64,000 nucleotides of DNA from NCBI GenBank assembly GCA_043228905.1, contig JBHGNT010000001.1, positions 15,748,001-15,812,000 on the forward strand, read 5' to 3'. Each line of letters opens with the position of its first letter. Position 1 is the first letter of the stretch. Source of the stretch: Azolla caroliniana. Taxonomy: Eukaryota > Plantae > Polypodiophyta. The notes under the pieces are model-generated. The model was not told where the DNA came from, made no database searches, and saw only the letters and a list, made by a program, of their open reading frames with translations. This document shows, one piece after another, positions 41,359 to 54,768 of the stretch. The translations under genes were made by a program, and so were the position numbers.

Positions 41359-42210
41359 GCCGTAGCTGCATGTGATGCCATATGGCTCAAGAGGATTTTG
41401 AAGGATCTGGGCGTCCCCATCAAGGATCCGACTCCCATTTACTGCGACAACATGAGCAATATATATCTGGCTTGGAACCCGGTGTTCCACGCACGCACAA
41501 AGCATATCGAAGTGCACTATCACTTCATTCGAGGGCGCGTATAGGCCGGAGATGTCGACCTTCAACACATCAACACGAATCTTCAGACGGCCGACATCTT
41601 CACCAAAGCCTTACGAGCTGACAAGCTTCGACAATTCATGTCAGACCTCGGATTGACGATTCCTGACTTGCCAAGCTTGAGGGGGAGTAAAAGCGAGAAC
41701 TGGTGTAACGTGTGAACACACCTTTTGAGAATCCATGATTACCCAAAGGTCAAGAGTCACACCATTACTCTCTACACATTAACTATGTGTCATAGAATCA
41801 TATTCTATGACACATAACTAATGAGCCTTCACATTCCCCAAGAGAGAGAGAGAGTGGTTGTTGTAAAGTTAATGAAGAGAGATGGTGACTCTATATAAAG
41901 CACCCTCCTCATACTTCATACTAAGTCGATTGTGACTCCTTGTAAGGCTACAATTTTGTATATCCATTATACTTGTGAAATACACATCTTCTTCTTCTTG
42001 AGTATTCCTTTTTCTATCTATCTTGTGTTCTCTTTTCTCTCCTTTAATTCCTCTCACACATACACATAACACACATCTCTTCCGCTACACAAGAATCATA
42101 CCCGATTCTTTACAAGTTCAATATGGTCACTCTTCACTTGATTCAGCCTTGCTTGCCTGCGTTAGTTATTATGTATGTGTATTTCAATTAAGATAAAACA
42201 ATTTTTTAAA

Positions 42211-45200
42211 TGTTAGCCGGTCAGGGAAGGCATCGGACAAGTGTGAAGCGTCGGAGTTGACAATGTCCGAAAAAAGACAGAATCGGAGTCAGATCGATGA
42301 GTCAACAATTTTGTTGACTAAATAAAAAGTAATTACGAATATTAGAGTTACTTAGAAGTTTTGGATAGTTCTTGCCAACAAGGCAAGTTGTAATTCTTGA
42401 TCAGTCAGTCTCTCGGATTGCCTATAAAAAGGAATCGAGAGCATTGTAACAACATCGTCTATTTTGGGGAAATTAATATAGTTATTAGTTAGGAGGAAAT
42501 ATGTGTGTAGTGCTGTTCAAAGTATTATTTTCATATTGTATTCTGCACATTTCAAGAAGACCGCAAATATAATAATAACCGACCACCAAATCGGTGGTTC
42601 AATAAGCCAAAGGGGACTCAACAATTTCAACATGATTCGCAGAGAAGAAACGCTGACTCCCACGAAGCTAGAAAACCACAATATGAACATGGGGAATCTA
42701 GTGGTTCATCGATGCCAGCTTGCTACATTTGCAGAAAGGATGGTCATTATGCAAACCAATGTCTGACTAAGGACAAGGGAAAGGCACCGACTGTCAATAT
42801 GGTGTTTCCCAAAATTGAACAAGTGACTACCCGAAGCAAAGGTAAGCAATCTGAATGGGAATTCCAAGAAGCTGTGCGGAAAGTAGCTAAGGAATGGGTA
42901 GAAGAACCTAACAAAAATAATGTCTCTAGAATGCTGCAGGATAATGAACGTTAAACAGGGAGCAACCTGTGGATTCGTCCGGATCATTACCATTGCAAGA
43001 GCAAGAAGAAACATGGAAAATTTTGGCCGATTGTCAAGTTTCATTACCGTTGACCGGATTACTGAAACTAGTTCCACGGTTCACGGAGAAAGTAGCACGT
43101 CTAATTGTGCAAAAAGATGTCAAGTAGGTATCTGTAAATTACGGCCAGACAATCATGGATGAGCAAAGTCCCTCCATAAAGGTGATAATTTGGGGACACG
43201 AAGTAGCTGGAACCATTGTCAACGGTGGTTCGGGGGTCAATGTCATCAATAATACCACTTGTGATAAGCTCGGAATTACCAAATGGGATGCCTGTCCATT
43301 TTGGTTACGAATGGTTGACACTAGTACAGTAAGGCCACTGGGCTTAATTTGGCAAATGGATGTCATTTTGGCGGTCAGATTTTTCAGATATCAGCAGTAG
43401 TGCTAAGTTTGGAGGCTCAGGGGGCATATCTACTTCTGTTGGGCTGACCATGGTTAAAAACAACAAATATTAAATAGAATTGGAACAAGAATGTATTAAC
43501 ATTTAGGAAAGGAAAGAATAAGATCTGGATATCAACGCAGGATAAAGTCAGTATGACTCGACAATGTCTACCAATCTATGTGGAGGCCGTCAATATGATG
43601 GAGGGGCTAGATGAAACTGAGGAAGATCAATATTTTCACGACAACCCAAAAATCATTCCACTATTCGAAGTTGTCATTCTGCACACACTCACAACCTATG
43701 TCAAGGATAAGCAACATGAAATTCTGGTAGATGACCACACAACGCAAGAACTTCGTCTCTAACACGAAGCTATGGGAAAAGAGATGAAAGTACCTCAAAG
43801 AGTACAAGCATCGGCACTAGAAGAGTTAAATTTAGCCGATACTGGTACCAACGGCAATACCAAGTCTGAAACGAAGACTATACTAATAGCCAAAGAAATG
43901 TTGGCGGCTGATAAAGAGAAACTGAAACAGTTACTAAAACAGTACAAGGATGACTTCGCTTGGTTTGAAGATATGAAAGCTCTACATCCAACATTTTGTC
44001 AACATCAGATACATTTACACAAGGATGCAAAACCGGTGCAACTGAGGCGTTACAGGTTGAATTCGAATTATGCGATCAAAGTAAAAGAAGAAATCGATAA
44101 ATTACTCGGAGTCGGATTTATTCGACCAATAAAAAGGGCAACATGGTTGAGTTTGATCATGGTTGTACCTAAGAAGAATGGAAAAATTCGGGTATGTGTT
44201 GATTACCGTAAACTAAATGCAACAACAATAACAGACACATTTCCCTTACTGTTTATCGATGGCTTCCTAGATGCTGTAGCTGGTCATGAAATGTATTATA
44301 TAGTTTTCTAGATGGTTTTACCGGCTATAACCAAGTTTGCATGCATCTGGAAGACCAAGAAAAGACAACCTTTGTAACTGAATGGGGAGTATTCGTGGTA
44401 GTATTCATGATGTTCGACTTTAGAACGGCTCTGGCAACATTCCAAAGGGCAATTCAAGAAATCTTTCATGATTATATTCCTGCATTTATGCAAGTATTTC
44501 TGGATGATTTTGCAGTCTACAGTCGGGAGACCGATCACTTGGAACATTTACGCCTCTACTTAGAACGGTGTCGGCAAGGTCGAATTAGCCTTAATCCGGC
44601 TAAATGTGCATTTGAAGCAACAAGGGCTCATTACTGGGTCATATCGTAAGCCAAGACGGAATAGCAGTCGATCCAGATAAGGTGAAAGCAATATTGGAAG
44701 CACCGGCACCAACCAATGCAAAAGGCCTTAGTGGATTCTTAGGGCAAATTTGATGGCATAGTCAGATGATTCGATATCTCGCTGATGTAGCAATTCCCTT
44801 ACATACAACAGTACATAAGACGCCTTTCCAATGGATAGTTGTGGAGCAAGATGCATATGATTGTCTAAAGAAAATGCTCACTAAAGTACCAGTCATGCAA
44901 TCTCCCGATTGGGACAAGCCTTTTCATGTGTTCGTAGATGCATCAGAAATAACGATCGGTAGTTCGTTTATGCAGCTCTAGGAGCCGAACTGGTACAGAC
45001 CAGTCTATTACGTGAGTCGAAAACTTTCCACAACCGAAAGAAACTATTCAACCACTGAAAGAGAGGCTCTAGGAATGATTTATAGTATTAATAAATTTCG
45101 CCACTACCTACTAGGGAGGAAATTTACATTTCATGTGGATCATTCCGTTCTGCTGTTTCAAAACAAGAACTCACAAGGAAATTAGCAAGATGGACATTAC

Positions 45201-48200
45201 TTCTTCAGGAATTCGAATTTGATATTCTTCATCGACCAGGGGTCCAACATGCTGTTGCAGATTACCTTAGTTGCTTAGAATCGGGGGATTCAGAAGGAAA
45301 AGGAGTAAAAGATGATTTTCCCAACAGTCCACTTTTTTGAGTTACCATAATACCGGTTGAAGAAATGAATGACGACACAATTGATGCGTGGATCATCGAA
45401 ATGACAATTTTTCTCACAACGAGTTTACCACCCGAGCATATGTCATTAGATGAAAGAAAGAGGTTATCGGTCTGTAATTGAAATTTTTGCCTCTTAAACG
45501 ACACATTATATCACAATGAAGCTGATGGGATTTGGCGACGCACGGTTCGCCACTTCGAAAAAGAAGGAATTTTATGAGAAACCCACTACAGGATTGCCGG
45601 AGGACATTACGCAAGAGAAGCTTCGGCCAAGAAAATATGGAGCAGTGGTTTATGGTGGCCAACAATAACAAAAGATGCGGACGAATACTGTCGACAATGT
45701 GATTTATGCCAAAGAATCGGACAACCAATTGAAAAGGATAGGATGCCTTTTCAACCCGTTTTACCCTTAGAACCATTTCGAAAATGGGGATTGGATTTTG
45801 TCAGACCCTTTAAGCAAGCAGCTCTAAGGATCGGGAATCAATATATCCTAGTAGCTACGGACTACTGTATGAAATGGGTCGAGGCCAAACCTTTACGGGA
45901 TAACACGGCAACATTGACAACAAAATTCCTTTACGAAAATATATGGTGACGGTTTGGACACTCTATCGAGTTAGTGAGTGATCAAGGTACCTATTTCATT
46001 AATAAAATTGTACATGAATTATCTACATACTATGCAGTGGTACATAAGAAGAGTACTCTGTACTATCCTCAAGCCAATGGATTGGCAAAATCCACCAACA
46101 AGACATTGTAAATGATTTTAAAGAAAATAGTTAATGAAAATAGGACAGATTGGGACCAGAAATTAAATAGTGCTTTATGGGCCTACCCGACTTCATACAA
46201 AATGTCCATTAATCGACTCCATTTAGAATGGCATTCGGATTGGAAGTAGTAATGTTGGTTTTGACGCTTCGAGTACAAGTTACAGAAAGATTAGACAAAG
46301 AATAGTCCGAAGAAGTTCGGAAATAACAACTACTTTTAGAGGAAAGAAAATACAAGCTAGGACTGCACTGGAGCAAAAACAAAGGCAAACAAAGGCATTT
46401 GTGGACCGACATTGACGACAAAAGGAAAAACTGTTTGCAGCTGAAAAACCAGTCTTAGTTTTTCAGACTAGAATGGGTTTAATGCCTGGAAAACTATGAT
46501 TTCGGTGGACTGGACCATTTTGGATGGGTGACAGTAAAAATGGAACTTATCAAGTAGGCACACTATCATGAGAAATTCTGCCAAAATGGGTAAACGGTTT
46601 TCGATTGAAACCTTATCAAGGATCAACGCTAGAAAATCCTTTTCGGGTTGGAGACAAATCCGACACACCGTGACGTGGCATAGGCCACAAATGTAAAAAG
46701 TATATACCATTATCAAAAAAAGAAAAGAAAAAGAAACAATCTTGGCAAAATATAACAAAACTAACATGATGATTTCTTGGGGTGGTCTTTTTTAGACTAT
46801 ATATTAACAAGGTACGAAATCATGCAACATTCATTACGAGTGGTGGAGCTATTATTACTATTATTGTACTAGCACTAGCATTAATAGCATATTGTCATAA
46901 ATAGTATATTCTTTTTTAGAAAAAACTATGAAATGCCTAATCTCTCAAAAACCTACCCTTTCATGTTCTCCGTGACAATAGAAACAGAAAAACCTTAGAG
47001 CAAATCACTTTTCTTCTCTCTCTTTCTGCACCCAAAAACCATCATCGCCATCACTTCAAGTTTCCGACTTATCACAGGAGGACGAAAACATGCCGATCCC
47101 AGTCTTTGAGGAACTCAGACAGTGGCTACAAAACAAAGGATTGAAAGGCTATCTCAAGATTGTAGATTCAGAACCGCATCTACACGCCGCTCAAATCATA
47201 CAACAAATCGACATAACTAGAATCACGAATAAACAGGTATGTCGATTATTGAATTTGAAAAGGGAAGGATTTGATGCTATGCAAAAGCTCGACGCAAATG
47301 TTTTGAGGTCATATTTTCGGGCATGCTCGCCATTGGTGAAGGCATATCAGACACAGGGAGGAGAGGATGAGTTCTTCCAACTCAAAGGATGCGTCGGATG
47401 AAGCAAAAGGCACAACGATTGCCACAGGCCGAATAAGAAGCACCGGCAGGAAAACGGCAGAAAACTGACGAGCAACCTTAGCAAACAAGAAATGAAACCC
47501 GTGTCAACCCAGATGACACAAGTCGAATCGAAAAAGGGAAATCATCGCTCATGACTCGAGAAGCATTAGCTTTACTCGAACTTCCTCCGGCAACACATGA
47601 ACTTGCAGCCATTCTCCAATTCGGAACTTTCTATGAATTAGTGGAATGGCTGCTCACCGAATGCGGGTAGTGTCAGAAAGATTGGCGCAGGAGCACAAGG
47701 ATCGTATCATGATCCAAAAATCCTTACTTGGCGCTGTCGAACCGGAAGAACAACAAGAAATTGACAGAATCGACCGGCAACAGAATGCCAAAAATAGGGA
47801 GAAGTAATTCAAATGTCACCCTTACATGAAGCACTCGTAGAAGTGCATAGGGAATATGAGAGAGCCAGTAGAGCCGCCAAAGATATGGTTGAATCCAATA
47901 AAAACGCAATGGCAGCGACACAACAACTAAACGAGCAATGTACAAAAACGCAAGCCGAAAAAGAGGAATTGTTAGATAAGCTTCGACAAACAAAAGAAAA
48001 ATTGAAAAAAACGGAGAACCAAATGCAGGCAAGCTAGTTACCTGAGAGACTTTCCAAGTCTGATAAGGAATTACATCAGAAGTTACAAGAAGCCGAAAAG
48101 ATAATCAGCGCTGCAACAACCAGAGCAAAAGAAGCGGAAACCAAAGTTCAAAAACTGGAAGACCGAATTAACTTAGCCAAGATTGAAATTAGCAACTGGT

Positions 48201-49687
48201 TGGAAGCAAAAGATAATGCCATACAATGGCTTAAACGACAATTGACACAACATCATGAGGAAAACAGACAACAGGCAGAACAAATATTGGAGATAGAAGA
48301 ATATGTTTGCATTCAGGAAGACTATTTGGCGACCCAATTGGCAAAAGCTGAACTTCAAACGACCGCAACACAAGAGGTGCATAATGAAGAAAAACAACAA
48401 TTAGAATCGGCAAATACTAAATTGCAAAAACGTTGCACAGAACTAGAGGCTAGGTACGAAAAGAAAAGATTAGATCTATTGGTAGCCAAAGCAAAACTCA
48501 TGCAAGCAGAAGGAGCGACCAATGCACAGATAACAGACTTATCAAAGCAACTGGCCACGGCACAATACAACGCGAGTATGGGCGAAGAAAAAATCAGAGC
48601 AATACTAAATCGCCACAAACTCAACACTTTAAAACTGGTATCCAACTCACTTGACAGAGGATGGAAGACTTGGTTGGCACAAGCAGCAGAATTACAAATA
48701 TTGCGTGCCGACAGGGATAACCGTAAAACCCAGGGGCTAGGATTCTTCAAAATGATAGAGGAGGCAATATCCACCGTACAGGAAGATATTGCTAGAGACT
48801 TGTATGACATGGCTGCTAGTCATCGAGAAGAGATAACTCGACTAATGCAAGAATTTGATAAGCATGAAATTGACACCTCTGTCCAGTTAGACGGTTATGA
48901 ACAAACCTGACGAATTCAAACACCAAAGCTCGGAGCCCCAACAACATCACAATAACCACCACAACCCCATAACGCTGGTGAGGAAGAAGAAAACGTTGAC
49001 GACAACACCGACACCGACAACAAAGAGGAACCATCATTGTTCGATATTCTACAAGACGACAATGAGGATGATATGGACGACAACCCCAACCCCGACCGTT
49101 AAGAGTAGACCATAATCGTGGGTTCGACCGGGCAAGGCCCTGGCCCACGGGCATGCCAAGTGTTAGCCGGTCAAGGAAGGCTTCAGACAAGTGTGAAGCG
49201 TCGGAGTGAAAATGTCCAGAAAAGACAAAATCAGAGTCGGATCGATGAGTCAACAATTTTGCCGACTAAATAAAAAGTAATTATAAATATTAGAGTTAGT
49301 TAGAAGTTTTGAATAGTTCTTGCCAACAAGGCAACTTGTAATTCTTGATCAGTCAGTCTCTCGGATTACATATAAAAAGAAACCGAGAGCATTGTAACAA
49401 CATTGCCTATTTTGGGGAAATTAATATAGTTTTTAGTTAGTAGGAAATACATGTGTACTAATGTTGAAACTACTATTTTCATATTGTATTCTGCATATTT
49501 CTATATTAACCATAACAGTTTTAGTACCAATTTGTCGATCACAATACAAGTATATAGTATCATCACCCTACGTAGGAGTAAACCAATATCCATTTGTACT
49601 CCACAATTTCTTGAAAGAACGTTCGGAACTAGAACGTTCGACCTTATTGGTTGTCAGTCACAGGTGTCGGTTGTCGACCGAACAACA
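42211..49687 (+). mobile_element. Ty3/Gypsy non-chromovirus (Athila-like domain order, no archaeal-type RH seen) with an extra 3' ORF, degenerate
   Basis: LTRs start TGTTAGCCGG at 42211 and 49161; 3' LTR 49161-49687; 5-bp TSD TTAAA; a deletion at about 42553 removes U5, PBS and most of gag; Zn knuckle CYICRKDGHYANQC; PR IVNGGSGVNVI; RT FLDDF; INT KWGLDFV. Confidence 0.93.
47090..48910 (+). pseudogene. extra retrotransposon ORF downstream of integrase, coiled-coil rich
   Basis: ORF pieces 47090-47401, 47813-48037 and 48200-48910, E/K/Q/L-rich with heptad character. Confidence 0.65.
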
Positions 49688-50251
49688 TTAAAGATGAATT
49701 GAGTTTAACATTTTTTTGTATCTAATACATTATCAACCTTCTAATGATGCTAATTCTTTACAAAAATGGATATATTACAAACAATGGTTTAGTTATCTAG
49801 ACTTTGATCCACTCATGACGTGATCTATTAGGGTGCATGTGCAAAGCATGATCTCGATTAAAATTCAAGACCAATGATTGTAATACTCACATAGAAATGT
49901 TTTTCCGTAGGATCCTATATGTCGTCCTGGTTATGAATGATGTCATTGCTTCTCTATCAAAATTTCCAGTATCCTAAATACACACAATAATTGAAAATAA
50001 TAGTTTAATAATACTTATCCCTGATTAGAGAATAATCAATTATACAGCCATAATTATGGGTGTGCACATTGGCCTACAGCTTCAGAAGATCCATAGAAAT
50101 CAATGAATGAATGAATGAATGAAGCAACTTGCTTCTTATGAGCTTGAAATGCAGCACAAAGCTTGGAAGCTTGAATGAAGATGAAAATCGTCAGCTAATC
50201 TGTTAGCCTGAGAAATGTATACTTTGAAATGTATAGGTATTAAAGTGCTTC

Positions 50252-53200
50252 TTATGTCCATGGCCATTGTGCTTCATACCATGTGAACGATCGGCAACAA
50301 GGCGCTTTAAGAGATGCAGGGCAAATGTTCAATCCAGTCTTTCCTTCTTTTAGATTATCTTGATCTCTTTGTATGGCACGGAATCTATACTCATTACCAT
50401 CAATGTACTTTGGATGTTGAAGAAATCTAACTCCTTTCCACCACAGTAGGAAAGCCTAGTGTCCATGAAACCAAATAGATGATCAGACTTTAATGTTGTT
50501 GCCAATTTGGGAATCACGTACCTTCCATCTATGATACAGCATCTTTTGTGTACCATATTCTATATATTTAGTACATTTTATGTAACATGTTCTATATATT
50601 TAGTATTTTTGAGTACCATTCTAGTAACTTTTGTGTACTATATTCTATATATAAATTATATATGAAGTATGGTACATTCTGTTATGCATTTCTTGTATCT
50701 TATTGACCTCTTTTTGAAGCATTGATGCATATTCTCTTAAGGAAAGAAACCTTCATGCTATTTGATTTACCTGCCAATAGATTCCAAGGGCAGTTTTGTG
50801 AGGCATGAACCAGAAGAACTTCTCGACACTTGTTTGAAGGCCTTCAATTCGAGTTGCATTCAGAGAGGCAGTGAAGAAGTTCCCAAATTCTGGATGTTGG
50901 ACGGTAATTGTGATTGCTATGGTCTTCCCTGGCACACGACTTTTCATCTTCCATGCACCTAACATGTCCTTTGCATATACAATAGTGTGTGTATACATAA
51001 TATCTTCCAATCAGTCGAGGAAGTAATTGCAACTTAAACAAAATAAAATGAAAGTTCTTCTGGTAGAGATGACGAAAATCTTTTTTTCAGATATTCATGG
51101 TCGCATTTTATGAAAGCCACTTTCACTTGCCTAATCTAACAAAGATGATCATATGACAAAGGGCTTTAAGAAAGAAAAAGCACCATAAAAGGGCTGACAT
51201 GTAGTGGCTTTGCAACTACATCGCCATCGGGATTGAATAGGAATGTTACCCTCTCTCCCCAAGGAGTGTTTGTCACCTGAAACAATGAAAGCAAAGGTCC
51301 GCCAAATTAATGCAATTGTACAGGAATACAAATTTATCATACAAAGTTTATGTGGGATATCCATGCGTGCAGTGACTCTGTTAGAAATCCTAACATAGAG
51401 AATATTCAGTTCTCTATGCTTAAATTACAAGATTCTATTTTATTTCAAACATAAAAAATGTTCTCAGTTCATTGTATGATCCATCTCAGTTAGAACAAGA
51501 GCAATATATAAGATAATAAGATCTCAATTGAAGCATTTCTAATCACTAATAATCAGCACTAGCATTAGCTCCCCACAATCATCTCTTTTCCAATTTTCAC
51601 ACTAGCATCAAACACATACTCGAAGACATTCTCAACTCCTGCTAAATAATGCAATAGTTCCCTTGCTGGTAGGCTAGTGTAAAGAAATATGTAGAATGTC
51701 TACCAAGAAACCTTCTCAATTCCTGCTAAATAATGCAGCAATCTTCAGGCTTGACAACGTGAAATGAAGAATTTAAATAATTAATGATTACTATCATCGA
51801 ATTGGTGGATGAATATGGATGTTGCAGTCCATCGAAAGATAAATCAATGGATGAACTAGCATGCGTTTATTATTTCCAAACATTGATCCTGTAAGCACAG
51901 TGTTTCCCACTAAAAATTGCTATAATAGTTATGATGATTGTATACGTATTTATGTTTTAGGGGTTAACCTAGAAGGTAGATAAACTAGACCTCTAACATA
52001 ATGTTATTATGCTACTCATGACATATCTAATTTGATCCAATTGGTATGCCTTCACATACCTCTGCAATACAGCAGGAAAGAGAAGTCTCATCATCATTGA
52101 AGCAGTAATAGACACTGAGGGGATTCTGTTCATAACCAACGCTGGAAGGAACTGTGAGCAAGTACCTAGGTAACCATCAGATTGTAACAATACGAGATTC
52201 AGGCTAAGCATAGGAAAAATAAATGTATATTTGCCCACGGGAACATATTCACAATAAAACCCCTAGTTCAGATGATGAAAAAGCACAGACATGTATGGAA
52301 ACAAAAGCATAGCTTCAGCAATGAATTAGAAAGAATTGAAACAGAGGAACAATTAAAGGTAAAAATGACTAACTTCAGAATATGATGAAAAACTAATGAA
52401 TATAGGAAACCCTAGTTTGTTGCGGATCATGATAAATACCTCAGATACTTCCACACAGAAGAACTCATAATGTATAATGAAAAACCTTACCTTCAGATGA
52501 TGGATATCCTCAGCAACTCCGCATAAATGGTACTAATCACATTTATTCGAAACCCTAATAGCTGTAGCTTAGTGGTACTATTCACATTTCTTGGAAACCC
52601 TAACAGTTGTACATTAGCAGTACTATTCACCCAATGTAACTTTGTAAATTGATACACATCAATATAGAGACCAATGTGAGAACAAGTATCCTTGTGTCAT
52701 CTTGGCCACTGTCCGATATCCGGTTACGACGACACACATTGTCTTGACACTATTCATATAATGCGAACATAGTATATTCCCGGCCATGGAGCTCTTATGG
52801 ACATTTGAATATCCTGGAAACATTGTATAGTGTCATAGGTAGATTTGCATAGATCCACCAAATCAGCAATAGGATTTCCTGTGTTTGAGCTCAACCTTCC
52901 TGAATAAGGACTCAGATGGCCATCATGTGATTCAAGGTGGTGCACCTCTTTTAGAAATCTGTTTGTCCAACTAAGTGTCTCTTTGACCACAAACTCAATT
53001 CAGACTCTAGGATTGGGACAACTCAACTCAGCTCTACTCAGACCAAGTGGTGGTCAATCATGGATTTATCATTAATACCTTCTTTCCTGTTCCGTTTTCC
53101 TCTTTCCCCTCTTTTTTAAAGTTCCTGTATACTCTAATGCATTTGCTCTGAAAGTAGGTTCACTACAAAGACATACACATTGTCTGTTTGCAATTTGGAA

Positions 53201-54079
53201 GCCCTAACACTTGTGGCTTCATATAATGATTTAAAAACCCTAAATTCACACAGATGTGCATCTCAATCCGTAGAACCTGCTGCTTCACGTTACACATGGG
53301 AAAACCTGAATTATAAAACATGGATGAACCGGAAACTAGAGAACCCTAATTAGCAAACCAGATCTATAAAGCTAGGTAGATCAAACAAGAAAAAAGAAAG
53401 AGAAAATAACATATACAGAAAATTAAAAAAGATCAAACTTTTGATGCAGATGGATAGATCCAAAAATAAATCAAAGAAGCTAAACATAGATGGATAAAAA
53501 AAGAACGGGAGAAAGGCTGAAAGCAAATGACAAAAGACAAAAAACAGAAAACAAAAGTAAAGAAGAAGAAAAAGAGAAACAAAGTTTTTGGTATACATAC
53601 ACGGGTCCATCTGATCCAGCGATGGCGCGAGCTTGAGAAGCGGAGAGATGGTTGGGAGCGAAGCAGAGGGATGCTGATTGACTGTCTAGATTGATTAGAG
53701 CATATCGAACGCTGTATGAGAATTTATGGTGAGAAGGAGCCTTCCTCTCATGCCATACCGTGCCTTTGTAGAATGCTATGGGAGGAAGTTGAACATCAGC
53801 ATTATCATCAACATCATTATCGTGAGATTCTTCTTCTTCTTTTCCTTCGCGCCTGATATTAATTTTCGATTTTCTTGTTCTGATGATTCCTGATGATGAT
53901 GAAGAAGAAGAAGAAGAAGAAGAAGAAGAAGAAGCGGGAGGAGCAGCTATGGCATCTGGATGAAAGCACAAGGTGAACGAGTAGAAAGCTGATGTGAATG
54001 CGGTGGAGATGACAACCCAGAGGAGAGAAATGGCCTGCTCACAGATGCTGCTGCTGCTTCGTCCACGCTCTGCTCTCAT
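50252..54079 (-). CDS. DUF1365 family protein, 5 exons, 359 aa
   Basis: Exons 54079-53601, 52165-52060, 51276-51184, 50968-50771 and 50455-50252 (1080 nt); GT-AG introns; motifs YKGTVWHER, GYEQNPLSVYYC, AEVTNTPWGER, KPLHVSPFMDM, GIYWQAFLLWWKG and C-terminal WPWT. Confidence 0.93.
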
Positions 54080-54490
54080 CTTCTTTTCTTTTGTCTGCGC
54101 TTCTTTCTCTCTCTCTCTCTGGCATGGGCCAATTTTGGCCTTAGAAGACGTTAATATATCTTTCTTTCTTTCTTTCTCTCTCTCTCTCTCTGTGTCTTCT
54201 TCAGTCAGTGCCTGTGGGCTTTCTGCTTACATTTACATTTACATTTACATATATGTACATAATGATACATTGATATACATATATATACATATATGTATGT
54301 ACTGTAACAGTACATGTACATACATGTTTGTACATTGTATATCCTTCCCTTTTTCACTGAAATTCCGTCCGGTCAAAAGAGGTTTCTGTTCATTCTCCAT
54401 TCGGACTCGTCCGCTCCGGCCACCCGAAATATTAGTGACTCCTGTGTCTCTTATGACACCAAATCTATTAATTTGAGGTGGCAACGTTAT

Positions 54491-54768
54491 ATGTGCAATG
54501 GACTATATAGAGCCTGCTTCGGGAGCCATGGTAAATCTCCACCGTCATTTCGATGTAGACCTGAAAAAACTATAATTTGTCGGCTTTTCATTTCTAACCC
54601 GATGCTTGGACACCCGACTATCTACATGATATGCACAATGGACTATATAGAGCATGCTTCGGGAGCCATGTTAAATCTCCACCATCATATCGATGTAGAC
54701 CTGTGAAAAAACTATAACTCGTAGTCTTCTCACTTCTAACCCAATGCTTGGAAACTCGACTATCTACA
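54491..54768. repeat. ~140-bp tandem duplication upstream of the DUF1365 gene
   Basis: Two copies of CAATGGACTATATAGAGC.TGCTTCGGGAGCCATG...CGACTATCTACA. Confidence 0.85.

Larger units (their letters stand above)
30817..42114 (+). mobile_element. Ty1/Copia, near full-length and degenerate (outer element of the nest)
   Basis: 5' LTR 30817-31271; PBS TGGTATCAAAG; gag-PR-INT-RT-RH fragments 31444-41690; 3' LTR about 41700-42114 with its first ~20 bp missing; 5-bp TSD AGTTC. Confidence 0.95.

Noticed and set aside
49115-49158. Possible tRNA gene
   Set aside because: Only a 3'-half mimic; no D arm or anticodon arm, so it is reported as a finding and not a tRNA feature
30817-49687. Many short antisense and alternate-frame ORFs in the ORF track
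   Set aside because: They are shadows of GC-rich gag/pol sequence or of LTR microsatellites
52255-53350. Scattered AAACCCT(A) motifs as an interstitial telomere
   Set aside because: Isolated single motifs in an intron, not a tandem array
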